DNA of 57,443 nucleotides from a plasmid: sequence record NZ_CP149754.1; one strand, 5' to 3'. Shown piece by piece: positions 57,298 to 57,443 of this stretch (position 1 is its first letter; each line of letters starts with the position of its first letter). The notes under the pieces were generated by a model. It saw only the letters and a program-made list of their open reading frames with translations, ran no database searches and was not told where the DNA came from. The position numbers and the translations under genes were made by a program.

Positions 57298-57443
57298 ATG
57301 AAAAATGAATTAATGATGTTTGAAGAAAAGAAAGTTGAAGTACTTGAATATAATGGGCAAGTTTTATTTAATCCATATGATTGTGGAAGATGTTTAGAGT
57401 TAAGTGATAGTGCAATAAGAAATCATTTATCTAAAATGAATGA
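57298..57443 (+). pseudogene. 5' part of BRO-N antirepressor gene running off the window end and continuing in frame at position 1-2
   Basis: AAGGAG RBS. MKNELMMFEEKKVEVLEYNGQVLFNPYDCGRCLELSDSAIRNHLSKMN is a BRO-N N-terminus. The last 2 nt plus window nt 1 form a GAT codon in frame with the ORF open from position 2. Confidence 0.55.

Noticed and set aside
1-57443. cas genes, tRNA genes or an att-flanking tRNA
   Set aside because: Searched for Cas-like helicase/nuclease ORFs and cloverleaf-like GC-rich segments; none found. Arrays are orphan and no tRNA-sized conserved element is evident.
54100-57443. Interpretation as two separate neighbouring prophages meeting at the window edges
   Set aside because: There is only one integrase, one lysis and one packaging module. 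The XkdN/tape-measure synteny is restored only by joining end to start, and the junction ORF is in frame. A single permuted genome is more parsimonious.

Overview
AT-rich (Clostridial) DNA that reads as one circularly permuted temperate myovirus genome of the Clostridioides difficile phiCD119/phiC2 type. The 3'-terminal ORF (BRO-N antirepressor, 57298-57443) continues in frame into position 1, so the window most likely starts and ends at the same point of a circular or terminally redundant ~57.4 kb genome.

Gene order:
- Tail and lysis: tape measure, LysM/XkdP-like, XkdQ-like with 3D plus NlpC/P60 lytic domains, baseplate XkdS/T/U-like, two tail fibers sharing a ~140 aa module, XkdW/XkdX-like, Gly-rich fiber, XhlA-like, holin, CD27L-like Amidase_3 endolysin.
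- Cargo/defence hotspot between endolysin and integrase: Septu-like PtuA ATPase plus PtuB HNH, 2TM protein, secreted proteins, orphan BlaI-like repressor plus VanZ.
- Large serine recombinase (minus strand), TPR lipoprotein, CWB2/PepSY surface protein.
- Lysogeny switch: XRE/CI-like repressors, Cro-like, BRO-N and ORF6N antirepressors.
- Replication and late regulation: DnaD-like, DnaC-like, sigma-70-family factor, ArpU-like.
- HEPN-motif Abi-like gene.
- Packaging and head: TerS, TerL, portal, MuF-like, scaffold, capsid, head-tail proteins.
- gp10-like gene split by a putative group I intron carrying an AP2-HNH homing endonuclease; then sheath, tube and XkdN chaperone with an AAAAAAC -1 frameshift extension.

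Between XkdN and the tape measure gene sits a ~6.3 kb accessory insert (across the permutation point). It holds three of the four orphan CRISPR arrays (C. difficile type I-B 29-bp repeat GTTTTATATTAACTATGTGGTATGTAAAT and a GTTTTAGATTAACTATATGGAATGTAAAT variant; 20 spacers in total, no cas genes). It also holds one type I toxin-antitoxin module (the second lies upstream of array 2; both toxin ORFs are about 50 aa) and a duplicated cassette of RHH-like regulator, palindromic operator, BRO antirepressor, small ORF and CRISPR array. One BRO copy in that cassette is pseudogenised.

No tRNA or rRNA genes seen.
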